A stretch of 64,000 nucleotides of DNA from Geosiphon pyriformis uo1. Its lineage: Eukaryota; Fungi; Glomeromycota. Positions within the stretch are counted from its first letter, which is position 1; each line of letters opens with the position of its first letter. Location of the stretch: NCBI GenBank assembly GCA_016748015.1, contig JAAOMT010000200.1, positions 742,984 to 806,983 of the forward strand. Direction: 5' to 3'. Of the stretch, positions 23,717-37,799 are shown in pieces. A model generated the notes under the pieces. It was given only the letters and a program-made list of their open reading frames with translations, did not search any database and was not told the origin of the DNA. Both the position numbers and the translations under genes were made by a program.

Positions 23717-26700
23717 TTTTTTTTTATTAACTTTTATAAGTACAGTCCAATCACTACTTAAAAACATACAATTAAAAAAAATTCTAAATTAAGTATGGTT
23801 TATACTTTTTCTATATATGACCAGTCATTTGGACTAATTAAAACAGCACTATATATTTAAACTATTCACTACAAAAAAATCTTACATAAAACCAAAATAC
23901 ATATCAGTTAAAAGAAGATGTAATCTAAAACAAACATATATATCTAACTTAATACTAAAATTATAAATTATTTTAAGAGTTTACAAAAATGATAAATCTA
24001 AAACAGATAGAAAAACTGATTCATTACAAAACAGAAGATTATGTTTTTTATAATGTGCTCTTAGTCATATACTTAATAACCAAATAGCAAATCTATAATT
24101 CTTGACAAAACTCTACACCAAATTAACATTCAGTATATTATCATCAGATTTAATACTCAATAAATATATTGTCTTAGCCTATTTCTCTAATACAAAGTTT
24201 TTAGCAATAATATATATAAGCAACCAAAAAATTTTGTCTTATACAAAGATCAGATTACTTTACAATTAGCAATATAAGCATCTAACAAATCAATCTACTT
24301 TTAAATAGTGTTTAAAATCAGATTTTTTCTAGTGCAATTATTATGAATACATAAAAATATATAATTAAAGTTTTTAATTAGCCTATACTAGATACAAAAT
24401 ACACTAAAATAATTTGAATTATACAGTTTTTTCTTTTTGGTCACAAACAAACAGCAGTATAAAATCTTTATAAAATAAGATTAAAATGCTGCAAAAACAT
24501 AGTTGGTAAAACCAGACCTAATATAACTATTAAAATATTACATGGCAAAAATTTTATACATATTAAAAAGATTATAAATTATTATATTTACAGTATTATA
24601 AGTGCATTTAGATTCTCAGCTAACAAAATTAATAACTTCAAACAACTGTTTAACAAAGTAACAAACATTTTTAAAAACAGATTTTCCTTTAATAGCAAAA
24701 AAACAATATGGTATCTGAATAAGTATTGTAAAACCAGACATAGTAACAACATTAGTAAAAAAGTCTATATGTTTATTATCAATAATTTCAAAATGATCTT
24801 TAATCTTATTTTAACTAACTGACAAATTTTTTAATATAATAGCTTAACAAATGTGTTTTCTTTTAATCTAGCATTTATTATAAAAATTAAGATTAATACA
24901 CTCCTTATTTAAAACACAAATATTTAATAATGCTTAACTATCTGTAAACAACACAACTAAGCTAAACATAAGAACATATTTCAGTACAACCACAATAGTT
25001 TGTAGTTCTACCAAACTTAAAAAGAACAAACCATATACTTTTATACTTACATTTATTTTAACATTCGAAAAATATATAGTCATATTATTACAAATATTCA
25101 CAAAACTAAGATTTTTGACTAGATTATTTATATAAACAACTATTTTATCTGCTTTATTTCTTAGTAAATGCTTCTTAACAAAATTAAAGTTTTATAGTTG
25201 GTCAACAAATGCAGAATAAGAAGCCAAAACATCACAACTGACTAAGCTATTTTTTTTAATAAACATAACAAGTAAACTAAACCAATTAAGAACAAAACTC
25301 TTAGAATCAAGTCTCTTCTATTTGTGAAATATGTTTCATGTAAAACACACTTTATAATAGTTTAGAAATTGATTAATAAAAGCAATACCAAATTTCTTCA
25401 AAAACTTTACTATGTCTATATAACAATTTAGATCCAGAATATTAACAATAGCAATACTATTATCAGCCTAAAAAACATTTAAAAAATTGGTTCTTAAAAA
25501 CAAACTATATAATACTAAAGTATTTATTTTATCTGTTAAAAAACAGGATATTAGACTAATTAACAACATAACTGGAAAACTAAAAAGATGCTAAGACATC
25601 TAGCTAATAATCTGTAAATCTATAGTTCTATATTTGAATAATTTGCTAAAAATTTTTTTTTTCTCTTTTCTCTTCTTGAATTAGCAAAAGTAACCAAATT
25701 AGCCATCAAATTTTCAGCCTGTATTTGTCTAAAAAACTTGAAACTATATAACTTAGAATAAGAAATAGCTTTATTAAAAAAGTTTTTGGGTAAATTAATC
25801 TTAAGTTTTAACTCTTTTCTTTGTATTTTGTTTTATTTCTCATATATATTTATTAATACATAACTAAATTGTAACTTATAATTAACAATAAGCTAAAAAA
25901 TTGCAGATACTAAATACAAAAATTGCTTATCTAAAACAGTTTTTCTTAAAACCAGATTTGTAAAAAATCTGACATCTAAATAAATCTTGGTGAAACTTGG
26001 TTTGAAAAAACTATTTGTGAACAAAAAATGCTTAAGTATCTATAAAACTCATTCTTTTTAGCTATTGAAATATTAAATTTATTTATTAACAAATAGACAA
26101 CTTTTATTTTTTAATTAATAAATATGACAATTATCTTTTTAGTGTTGATTGAAATGTCATTAATTTGAAAAAATTTACTAATAATATCCAAAATATATTA
26201 AGTAATAAACATGTCATTTTCAATCCAAATTATATTATTTACAAAAACTTTTGCTGTCAAAAAAGATGTTTTGTTATTTTAAAAATTCTGCTTGCCAGTT
26301 TTTATGATAAATTTTAAATCTAATTTGTAGCCAAATAAACTGTTATATTTTTTAACTTTACAAAACAAAAGATTGTAAAATTTTTTTTATAGTAATAGTA
26401 AAAAAATCTCTTTCTGATCCAAATTATTATAAATGATATACCTATCTGTAAGTTCAAAATCTGTTATTACTTAATTGATTCTATTATTGTAAATACTTCC
26501 AAAAAACCTAATAAAATATAAACAGTATCTTGATTTTAGTTAGATTGTTTTGTAAATAATACTACTTAACAAAATTATATGTCTTATATATGTTTTGAAA
26601 AACTAGCTATAATTTTCTGTTCTTTTTTAATGCATTTTTAATCATAGAACCAACAGCAAAAATTGGAGTCTAAGTGAAAATTTTTTTTAAAACTGAAAAA

Positions 26701-29700
26701 TTATTACCATATAAAACATTAAACTTATTACAAACCAAGAAAATTTTATTTAAAAAAATTTTAAATAAAATCTTATAGAGTGTTTTAATTAAAGCTATTG
26801 GTTTAATATTAGTAAAAGTATCTTCCCAATCATATAGTTTTGGTATTATAAAGACTCAAGTCTCTTTTTACTGTATAAAAATTGTGCCAAACACCAAACA
26901 AATATTGAAAATATTTAACAGATTTTCCAAAATCTGATTATTATCATGTTTTCAGAGCTTGTTTGAAATATCAGAAAGATCAGTGACTTTTCTATTAGAT
27001 AAGTTTTTGACCATCTGCAGAAACATATTAAACTTGATATTATATATAATTCCTAACAATATACTATTATTGATATAGTACAGAAAAACATATTAATTAG
27101 ATTATTAATTAGACCAAATACTGAATATTATATACTTTCTTGTTTACTTTTCTATAATTACATTAACTATTGACTTGATTTCATAAGACTTCAAAACCAA
27201 ATTGTTATTTACTACTAAGTAATTAAGCACTATCTTTTAAAATGGTCATTCCAAAACACTTTTAATTATCTGTTTTTTATTAAAGTAGAAATTTTCTATA
27301 TGCTTATTTATTGTTTTTTTGATGAGATTATTTCTGACAATTTTAAACTCATAATACTTGGATTTGCAATATTTTGACTTCTGACAAATAATACAAGATT
27401 TTATTCAACTTTTTACTACTATTAATCATAATGTCTATTTTGGAGGCTTTTTTTATCAATAACAGTTCAAGTGATAATAAGATAATCAGTTTTTAAACTT
27501 TGTTTTAAATTCAAATTTTTTACAATTCTGATTATTAACAGCTTCAACTTAAAAAACTTAAATAATTGCTTATTCTTTAAATACTCAAATTATTAAACCA
27601 AAGTTTAAAAAACACTTTATTAGCAGAACTTACTACTATCTTTTTTAAAATCTTTTATATTATATCCAAATCACTGTAATTTTTTATATTATTAAACCCA
27701 GCTGTTTTATTCAAAAACTTATTTAAAAAACACTTTTTGAATATTAAGTACTTAACAACCTTAACATTCTTGATTCTGAACTTTTATCTATTTTTATTAG
27801 TCTATTTATGATTATTGTTAAAATGAATATTTAAAAAGCCATCCAAATTAATTGCAACTGTAACAGTCTTGTAGTTAATATCAAAAAAATCAGCAATATT
27901 GTCAACTTTATGACTAACAACTGCAGATGCCAGATTTTAATTTACAAAAATAAAATTTATAACTTTTACTGTCTTTAAAATTGCTCTAAATATGAATCTT
28001 GGCTATTAAATGCTTACTAAATAAGTTAACCAAATCCAAATTCAGACAAAACTTAAAACTTGCACTCTTCTTTAAACTATTTTTATTAAAATCTCTGTTC
28101 AATATCACAAAAGTATTAAAGTTAATTATCTTAGTAATAAAAAAATTAACTTTAAATGTTTGGCCAAATCTCACTTTTATAAAAGCACAAACATATAAGC
28201 CCAGAATTATAACTGAAATCTTGTCTTTAAAGAAGAGTTTTACTGAAATAACATGATCAGAAATTTTTTTTATTTTAGAAATATATTAAGCTAAAAAATT
28301 GTTTATAATAATGATTATTTCAGTGCCAAAAAAACTCTTATCTAAACCAGATGTAAAAATTTGTACTCCATCAAACTTATTTATAATTTATAGCCTAATA
28401 CTAGATTTTAATTTTGTTTTCTAATAATAAAAACCATATTACTTAAACTAGTATGTTAATAAACAACATTTTTTTGCTTTGTAGAGATATTGATATTTTA
28501 AACATTACATATAACAAATTTCCAAATTAAATCAGTTATTGAGATAAAACAAATACAAACAAATCTGAATAAACAAATAAAAAATTTTAATTTTACCAAA
28601 ACAGAACCAACAAAAGTCTCAAAAGCCACCAATTTTAATTTCAGACTGCCTACTTTGGTAATTAAAATTTTTGAACTACTTGAATCCAATATTAAAATCT
28701 TAGCCAAAATCAAAAAAAAAGAGAAATAGAGTCTGCAAATTATTTAATACTATGTCTAAATCTGAATTCAAACTAAAGATTAGTAGATCCATAAAAACTT
28801 GCAAAAAAAAGTGTAACCAAAAATACCAACTTCATACTATTAAGTTTATATATAATACCTAATACTTAGTTAGTTAATAGCTCTAAAAACCATTTCAAAA
28901 AGGCCAAATGAGCAGTTAAAGAAGAATTATCTAGTAAATTAGAAGAAATTTTTTTATTAAAACTTAAAACATTAAGAAAAAAAGAGCCAGAACCAAAACC
29001 AAAAAACAAATTATTAAAAACAGAAACTATTAACACTATTTAAGCTCATAACTTGTTACTAAAAACAACAGAACAAAAGATAGAAACATTTTTTTTGGTA
29101 TACAACTTGGCTAACTAAAGAAAATTTTTATTTAAAACAGACTTCTTAAATATTTTTAAAAATAGAAAAGTAAAAAAACCAGTTGTATTATATTTTAAAA
29201 TAGAATAACCAAACTGTTTATATTTTTTACATTAAACCAAATTCATCCTAGCCCAAAAGAGTTTTATATTACCAAAAATCAGCTCTATGTAAAAGGCAGA
29301 TTTCAGCTTTTTATTTGATTCAAAACCAATCACAGTACAGTAAACTCTATTGTCAGTTTTAAATGATTTATTTATGATACAAGTTTTTTTATCAGCTTTT
29401 TCTAATAGAGTATTAAGATCATAAACAGTTGTTTTCATCAACAAATAAACAAAAGTGTTTTAACCTGATCTTTTAATATTTAAATATTACAATCTTTTAT
29501 GGTTTTAACTATGTATATTAAATCTTTCTTGATTAAAAATAACCACTTTGCTGCCAATTGATCTGTCTAAGCCAATTTAGCAAACTTTACTATAGATTTT
29601 TGTTATAGTCCAATTAATTATAAATAGATTAATACTACTTGACCAAACTTAAAAAAAACTGTAATAATTATTTCTTTTGGCATGTCTATAAGAATTTCTT

Positions 29701-30538
29701 TAATAACTACAGCCTAATCTAAATAAATTTTTTGTCTCTTGACATTATTGTTTACAATAATTTTTTTTTCTGGTCAATGATGTAGTCTTTTTTATGTTCT
29801 CTTTTAATGTAAATATAGATTAAATGATTTTTTCAAATTTTGAGAGAATAGTGATCTTCTTAAAACTATTAATTGCTGAAAATATTTTTTTAATGAATTG
29901 AGTTTTTATTGTTACTAATTTGCTCTTAACTGCTAAAAGATTAATGTTCAAGACAAAAAACTTTTTGACAAATACTTTTATTTAAGTTTTAATTATTTTA
30001 GAATTAATTTATTTTTTGTTTAGAGAGATAAGTAAGTGGAAAAAAAAATCTTATTATTATTAATGTCAAAGTTGGGTGAACCAATTAAAAAACTAAAAGC
30101 AGTACCAGTATTAATTTATTTAGCCTTAAAAGTATTTGTTTTAGAATTAAACCATTTTTTCTCTTTATTATTTGCTTCATAACTAGCATTATTATCTAAA
30201 AAAACCACTTTAAGAGTATTTTTATCTGTGTTCATTCCAATAAACTGACTAATAATATGCTTTAAATCAGCAAAACTTAAATTTGTTTTATTACTTAAAT
30301 GTTTTATTTTGCCAAAGAAAGCTTTTTACTTTTGTATCAAGCTTTTATTAACTAAACCAAAAGCCAAAATTCTGGCTGGTTTTCTCTTAGCTGCAAAACC
30401 ACTTATGATGGCAGCCAATTCAACAATAAATTAATTTATTTTTTGAGAAATTGTAAAGTATAAAAACAGAAAAAACAAAAAACTTTTTTTATAAAAATTA
30501 TTTTTTGGAGAATTTTGAACATAGAAGAGAAAAAAGTT
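23717..30538 (-). mobile_element. LINE copy 2, near full length, heavily C>T/G>A mutated
   Basis: Poly(T) at 23717-23725 next to the family 3' end; colinear ORF2/ORF1 relics (e.g. 29232-29444 matches ORF1 7567-8556); 5' UTR at ~30410-30538. Confidence 0.88.
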
Positions 30539-31013
30539 AAATTTTGCTTATGTAATTAATTTTACTATTTAAATTTAGTCAAATTTATATTATTAAAAAT
30601 TTTAATTAAATTAATTATTTAACTTTTAAAAATAAATTTTAAAGATTTTTTAAAGTTATTTATTAATATTTTAATTTTATTATACAATACAAAATTTATT
30701 ATAACTTTTAATATTCTTTACAACAAAATTTAAAATTATAATAACAAAGCTTTAAAAAAACTTAAACTAAATAATAAAGTATTATATTAAAAAAAATTGT
30801 TTTAAAAATACATTTTTTTTTATTTTTTTATAGTTGTTTAATTTATTAAGTTAATATTTTATGTAATTAACATAAAATTCATATTTTTAAAAACTTTATA
30901 AATTTAAATATAAATGTTTTTTTAAGATTTTTTGCAAAAAAAATTAATAAATAAATATATTTTTATTAAATATTATTTATAAATTTAATTAATAACAAAA
31001 TTTTATATTTTAA

Positions 31014-34000
31014 TTTTTATTATTATTAAATTTTACAAGTGCAGCCCAATTATTATCTAAAACATATAATTATACAAGATCTTATATTAAGTATAACTTA
31101 TGTTTTTTCTATATATAACCAATTATTTAGGCCAATTAAGATAACACTATATACCTAAATTATTTATTATTAAGTATTTATACAAAAACTCAAACTACAC
31201 ACATGTTAAATGAGAATATAAGCCAAAACAAATATAAATATCCAACTTGATACCAAAATTGTGAATTATCTTACAAGACTACATAAAAAATAGGCCAACT
31301 ATGGCCAAAATCACAGATTTATCACATGATAATAGACTATATTTCTTATAATGTATTCTTAATTTGGTATTTGATAGCCATATGACAAATCTGTGACTTT
31401 TAGCAAAATGTTTAATCAAATTAATAACTAATAATCTATTATCTAAATTGCCTCTTAATAAATTTGCTGTATTAAATATTTAATTAATGATATATATAAA
31501 TAATTAAAAAGTTTAGCTTCATAAAAAGAATAAATTATTATATAGTTAACAGTATAAGCACTTAGTAAAATAATTTACTTTCTAATTGTATCTGAAATTA
31601 ATTTCTTCTTAACATAATTATTGTATGCACATAAAAATGTATGGTCTGAGTTTTTTATTAATTTCTATCAAATACACAATACACTAGAATAACTCGGATT
31701 GTATAATTTTTTTTGATTACAGACAGTTAACAGTATAAAATCTTCATAAAATAGAATCAAAGTAATACAGAAGTAGAGCTTATAAAACCAAACCAAACTT
31801 GACTATTAAGATCTTATATACTAAAAGTTTAATACATGTTAAAAAAATTACAAAGAGATTTATCCACAATATTATTTGTATATTTGAATTTCTAACCAAC
31901 ATAACTAACAGTCTCAAACAAATTTCTAACAAAGTAATGAGCATTTCTAAAAACAGATTTGCTTTTTATGACCAAAAAATAGTATGATATTCTAATAGGC
32001 AGTGTAAAATTAAACATAGTAGTAGCATTGGCAAAAAAATTTGTATGCTTATTGCCAACAATTCCAAAATAACTTTTGATCTTATTTTAGCTAATTAACA
32101 GATTTTTAAATTCAATAATTTGACAAATATACTCTTTTTTTATTCAATATTTATCACAAAAGTCTGGTTTAATATCTTTTGTAATTAAAACACAAATATC
32201 CAATAATGTTTAACTATCTGTAAACAATTCCACTAAACTAGATACAAAAACATAGTATAAAACAAAAAGCAATAGCTTGTATTTCCACAAAAGTTGAAAA
32301 AAGCAAGCCACAAATTCTAACATCTATACTTATGCTAGTGTTCAAAAAATAAGCAACAATATTATTGCAAACATTTATAAATCCTAAATTTTTAATTGAT
32401 CTATCCATATAAATAATTACTTTATTAGCTTTTTTTTCTATAAAATGCTTCTTAATAAAGCCAATATCATATAAACAGCTGTTAAAAATAGGATGATATA
32501 TTAAAGTGCAACTGCTATTTAAATTATTATTCTTAATAAAATCAGCCAATAAACTAAACCACCCAAAAATTAGATATCTAGAATCTAGTTTTTTTTATTT
32601 GTAAAACATATTCCATATAAAGCATGTGTTATAATAATCTAAAAGCTAGTTTACAAAAACAATACCAAATTTTTTAAGTGAACTTATCATCTTTATATAA
32701 TATTTTAACTTTAAGACATCTGTAATAACAACATTATTATTAGCTTAAAATACATTAGATATATTATTACTCAATAATAAATCATATGATGCCAAAGTGT
32801 TTATTATGTCTGCCAAAAAGCAATTCATAAAAGTAATTAATAACATAATTGGAAAACTAAAAAGTTGTTAAGATATCTAACTAATAGCTTGTAGATTCAT
32901 AATTTTGTGTTTGAACAAATTGCTAAGAATGTTCTTTAAATTAATATAAATTACTAAATTAGCCAGTAAGTTTTCTGTTTGTATCTGCTTAAATGTTTAA
33001 GATTGTATAATTTAAGATAAAAAATGGCTTTATTAAAGAAATCTTTGGATAAATTGGTCTTGAGTTTTAATTTTTTTCTCAGTATTTTGTTTTATTTTTC
33101 ATACATATTTACTAATATATAACTGAATTGTAGTTTATAATTAATTATAAGCTGCAAAATAGCAAACATCAGATATAGGAATTGTTTATTAGAAACAGTT
33201 TTTTTCAGAACCAAATTAGTAAAAAATTTTATGTTTGAGTGTACCTTAACAAAACTTGAATAGAAAAAATCTTCTGTAAACAAAAAAATGTTCAGATATC
33301 TATGTATTTTACTCTTTTTTGCTATTAAAATAATCAATTCACTTATTATCAAACAAAGATTTTTCACTTTTTAATTAATAGAAATAACAACTGTTTTATA
33401 TGTGTTGATTGAAATATTATTGATATGAAAAAATTTGCTAGTTATGTTCAAAATATATTAAATAGTAGCTATATTGTTTTCAATTCAGATCATATTATCT
33501 ACAAAAACTCCAGCTGTCATAAAAGATGTTTTGCTATTTTTAAAATTCTGTTTGCTAGTTTATGTAAAAAGTTAGAATCAAATTTGTAACTATATATATA
33601 GTCATGCATTTTAATTTTACAAAATAAAAAGTTATAAAAGATTCTTTACAGCAGTGACAAAAAGACTTTATTCTGATTCAGTTTATTATATATTATATAC
33701 CTTGCCATGAGTTTAAAATTTGTTATTACTTAATTAATTTGATTATTGTATATATTTTTGAAAAACTTGATAAAACAGGAACATATTTTAATTTTAGCCA
33801 GACTGTTTTTTAAGTGATACCACCCAACCAAATTATATGTTTTGTACATATTTTGAAAAACCAATTACAATTTTTGGCTTTTTTTTAATATATTCTCAAT
33901 CATAAAAAACCAACAATAAAAATTAGAATTTGAATAAATATGTCTTTCAAAACCAAAAAATTATTACTGTACAAAATGTTAAATCTATTACATATTAAAA

Positions 34001-37000
34001 AAATTTTATTTAAAAAAAGCTTTAATAAAATTTTTTAAGCAGTTTTAATCAAAACTATCAGTCTGATATTAATAAAAAATTTTTTTAATCATATAATTTT
34101 AGTATTATAAAAACCTAAGCTCTTTTTTACTGTATAAAAATTACAACTGACCTTAGATATACATTAAAAATATTTAATAAACTACACAAAACCTGTTTAT
34201 TATTATGCTTTCAAAACTTATTGAGAATACCAGAAAGACCAACAACTTTTTTATTAAGTAGATTTTTAACTATCTGTAGAAACTTATTAATGTTATATAT
34301 TATCTTTAAGAAAGCATTATTGTTAACATAATTTAAAGAGACATATTGATTAAATTATTAATCTGTTAAAGCACTAGACACTACATATTTTCTTGTCCAT
34401 TCTTCTATAATTATGTTAATATTAAACTTAACTTTATTAGGTTTTAGAACTAGATTATTATTTACAACCAGATAGTTAAGTACTATTTTCCAAACAAAAT
34501 ACTCTAAAACACTTTTGATCATATGCTTTTTGTTAAAGCAAAAGTTTTCCATATATTTTTCTATTGTTTTTCTAATGAAATTATCTTTGGCTATCTTGAA
34601 TTAATAATATTTGGATTTGCAGTACTTTTTTTTAATGTTTGACAAGTAACATAGAATCTTATCTGTCTTTTTACTACTGCTAATTAGGGTTTCTACTTTA
34701 AAAGCTTTTTTTTATCAATAATAGTCTAAATATTAAAAAAACAGTCAGTCTTCAAAGAGCAGTTTGTGTTTAGACTCTTTATAATCTTAGCTATTAGTAA
34801 TTCTAGCTTAAAAAATTTAGATAATTGGTTGTTTTTTGAGCATTCATATTTACTAAACCAATATTTAGAGAAAATCTTATTAGTAGAATTTACTACCATT
34901 TTTTTCAAAATTTTCTATATTGTATCTAAATTTTTATGGTTTTTTGTATTATTAAATCTGCCATATTTAACAAAAACTTTTCCAAAGAACACTTCTTAAA
35001 CTGTAACTATTTAGTAGTATTAGCATTTTTAATTTTAAATTTCTATTTATTTTTGTTGACTTGTTTGTGTATATTATTTAATTAAATATTTAAAAGATTA
35101 TTTAAACCAATTGAAACCAAAACTGTCTTGTAATTAGTATTAAAGAAGTTAAAAACAAAGTTGACTTTATGATCAGCAATAGCAAACAATAAACTTCTAC
35201 TAACAAAAATATAATCTATGGCTCTTTTAATCTCTTTTGAATTGTTTTAAGTAAAAGTTTTAAGCAACAAATGCTTACTGAATAAATTGACCAAATTTAG
35301 ATTTAAACAAAACTTGAAACTTGTATGTTCTTGGACTTATTTTCATTGAAATTTCCACCCAAAACCATAAAAGTACTAGAATTAACTGCTTTAGTGATAA
35401 GAAAATTAACTTTTACAGCTTGATTAAACCTAGTTTTAAGAAAAGCACCAATATATAAACCTAAAATTGTGACTGAAAGTTTGTTTTTAAAGAGAAACTG
35501 TACTGAAATAACCTGACCTAAAATTTTCTTTATTTTAAAAACATATCAAGCCAGAGAATTATTCATAATAATAGCTATTTTAATACTAAAAAAACTTTTA
35601 TCTAAACTAGACATGAAAATTTACACTTCATTAAACTTATTCATAATCTATAACTTAACACTAAATTTTAACTTTGTTTTTGTAATAATAAAAACCATAT
35701 TATTCATATTTATGTATTAATAAACAATATCTTTCTGCTTTGTAGAGACATTAATACTTTGAATGTTGTATATAGCAAACTTCTATATTAAGCTGGTCAT
35801 TAAGATAAAAAAAGAACTAAAAAACTTAAATTAAAGCACAACCAATCTAATTTTGCTAAAACTGAATTAACTAACATTTCAAGAGCCACTATTTTAGATT
35901 CTAAGTCACTCATTTTAATGGTTAAAATCTTTAAACTATTCAAACCAAAATTCAAAGTCTTATTCTTTGCAATTAAAAGAAGAAGAATAGATAATACTAA
36001 CAAGTTTTTTAAAACCATATTTAAATTCAATTTGAACTTAAAGATGCAGAAATAATTAAAAAAAAGTATAAGAAGTAAATATTAAAGGCACCAGTTTTAC
36101 AAAACTCAATTTTTACACAATAATAGGCATTTAATCTGCCAAAAGCTTTAAAGAGCATTTTAAAGAGACCAAACAAGCATTCAAAAAGGAGTTATCTAAT
36201 AAAGTAAAAGAAAATTTTTTAATAGAATTCAAAATACCAAGAAAAAAAAAACCAGAACCAAAACCAGCAAACAAATCATTAAAAACAAAAGCTGTTAAGA
36301 CTATTTAAGCCCATAATTTATTACCAAAAACAATAAAATAAGAGATAAAAATATTCTTTTTAACATACAACTTGGCCAATTAAAGGCAGTTTTTATCTAA
36401 AACAAACTTTTTAAATACTCTTAAAAATAAAAAAGTAAGAGAACCAAAAGCACCATATTTCAAAACAAAATAACCAAAACATTTACATTTTTCACATCAA
36501 ACCAAATTTATTTTAGCCCAAGGAAGTTTTACATTACTGAAAATTAGCTTTGTGCAAAAAGCAGATTCTAATATCTTTTTTGATTTAAAACCAACCACAG
36601 TACAGCAAACTCTGTTGCCAGTTTCAAATAATCAATTTATAATACAAGTTTTTTTCACCAGTTTCTTTTAATAAAGTACCAAAATTATAAGCAGTTGTTT
36701 TTATCAACAAAGTAAATAAAAGTTCCTTAAACTAATCTTTTAACATTCAAATATTACAATCTTTTACAGCTTTAATTATGTGCATTGAATTTTTTTCAAT
36801 TAAAAATGACTATTTTGCTGCCAATTAATTTGTCTAAAGCAATTTAGCAAACTTCACTACAGTTTTCTGCTACAATCTAATTAATTGTAAATAGATTAAT
36901 ACCACTTAATCAAATTTAGAGAAAACTGCAATAAATATTTTTTTTGGCATATTTATGTGAATTTTTTTAATAATTACAGTCTAATTTAAACAAATTTTTT

Positions 37001-37790
37001 GTTTTTTAATATCATTATTTACTATGATCTTTTTTTCTTTGGCCAATAACACAGCTTTTTTCATGTTTTCTTTAGAAGTAAATATTAATTTGATAATCTT
37101 TTCAAATTTTAAAAAAGTAGTAATCCTCTCAAAACTATTAATTGATAAAAATTTTTTTCTAATGAACTAAGTTTTTGCTGTTACTGATTTTTTTTCTACA
37201 GCTAAAAAATTAATGTTCAATACAAAAGATTTTTTAACAGCCACTTTAACCTAAGTCTTTATTATTTTAGGGTCAATCTATTTTTTGTTAAAAAAAATAT
37301 TAAGAGAAAGGTAGAAAAGATCTGTATTTTTATTTATTCTAAAGTTAATTATATCAATAAAAAAGCCATTATTCAAATTAGCATTAAATTTTTTAGCTTT
37401 GAAAGTTATAGCTAAGCCAAAAAAAAACCACTATTAGATTTTATTATAGTACTATCAATCTTATTATTATTAAACTTACTGTTTATATTCGAATACATAT
37501 CACTATTAACACCAAATTTGACCAAGGAAATTTTTTTCATTACCAAAGTATTTAATATTGTTCATTAAAATTCTCTTTTTTGAAAAAAAGTACCACCAAC
37601 AGAACCATAAAAGATCTCTTTGAATATCTTCTTCTTAAACATATTGCTACTTGAAACAGTTTTTAGGTTTATTACAAAAAAATTATTAGCTTGAGAAATA
37701 TTGAAAAAAATATAACTAAGAAAAATAAAAACTTCTTTTTCGAATAAATTACTTTTTAGAAAATTTTAGATGTAAGAGAGAAAGAAGTTT
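31014..37790 (-). mobile_element. LINE copy 3, near full length, heavily C>T/G>A mutated
   Basis: ORF fragments 32238-32549 (RNase H), 33092-33367, 34358-34552, 34726-34908 and 35800-36030 align to copy 1; the 5' UTR at ~37640-37790 matches 6551-6700. Confidence 0.9.
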
Positions 37791-37799
37791 TTATTTTTT

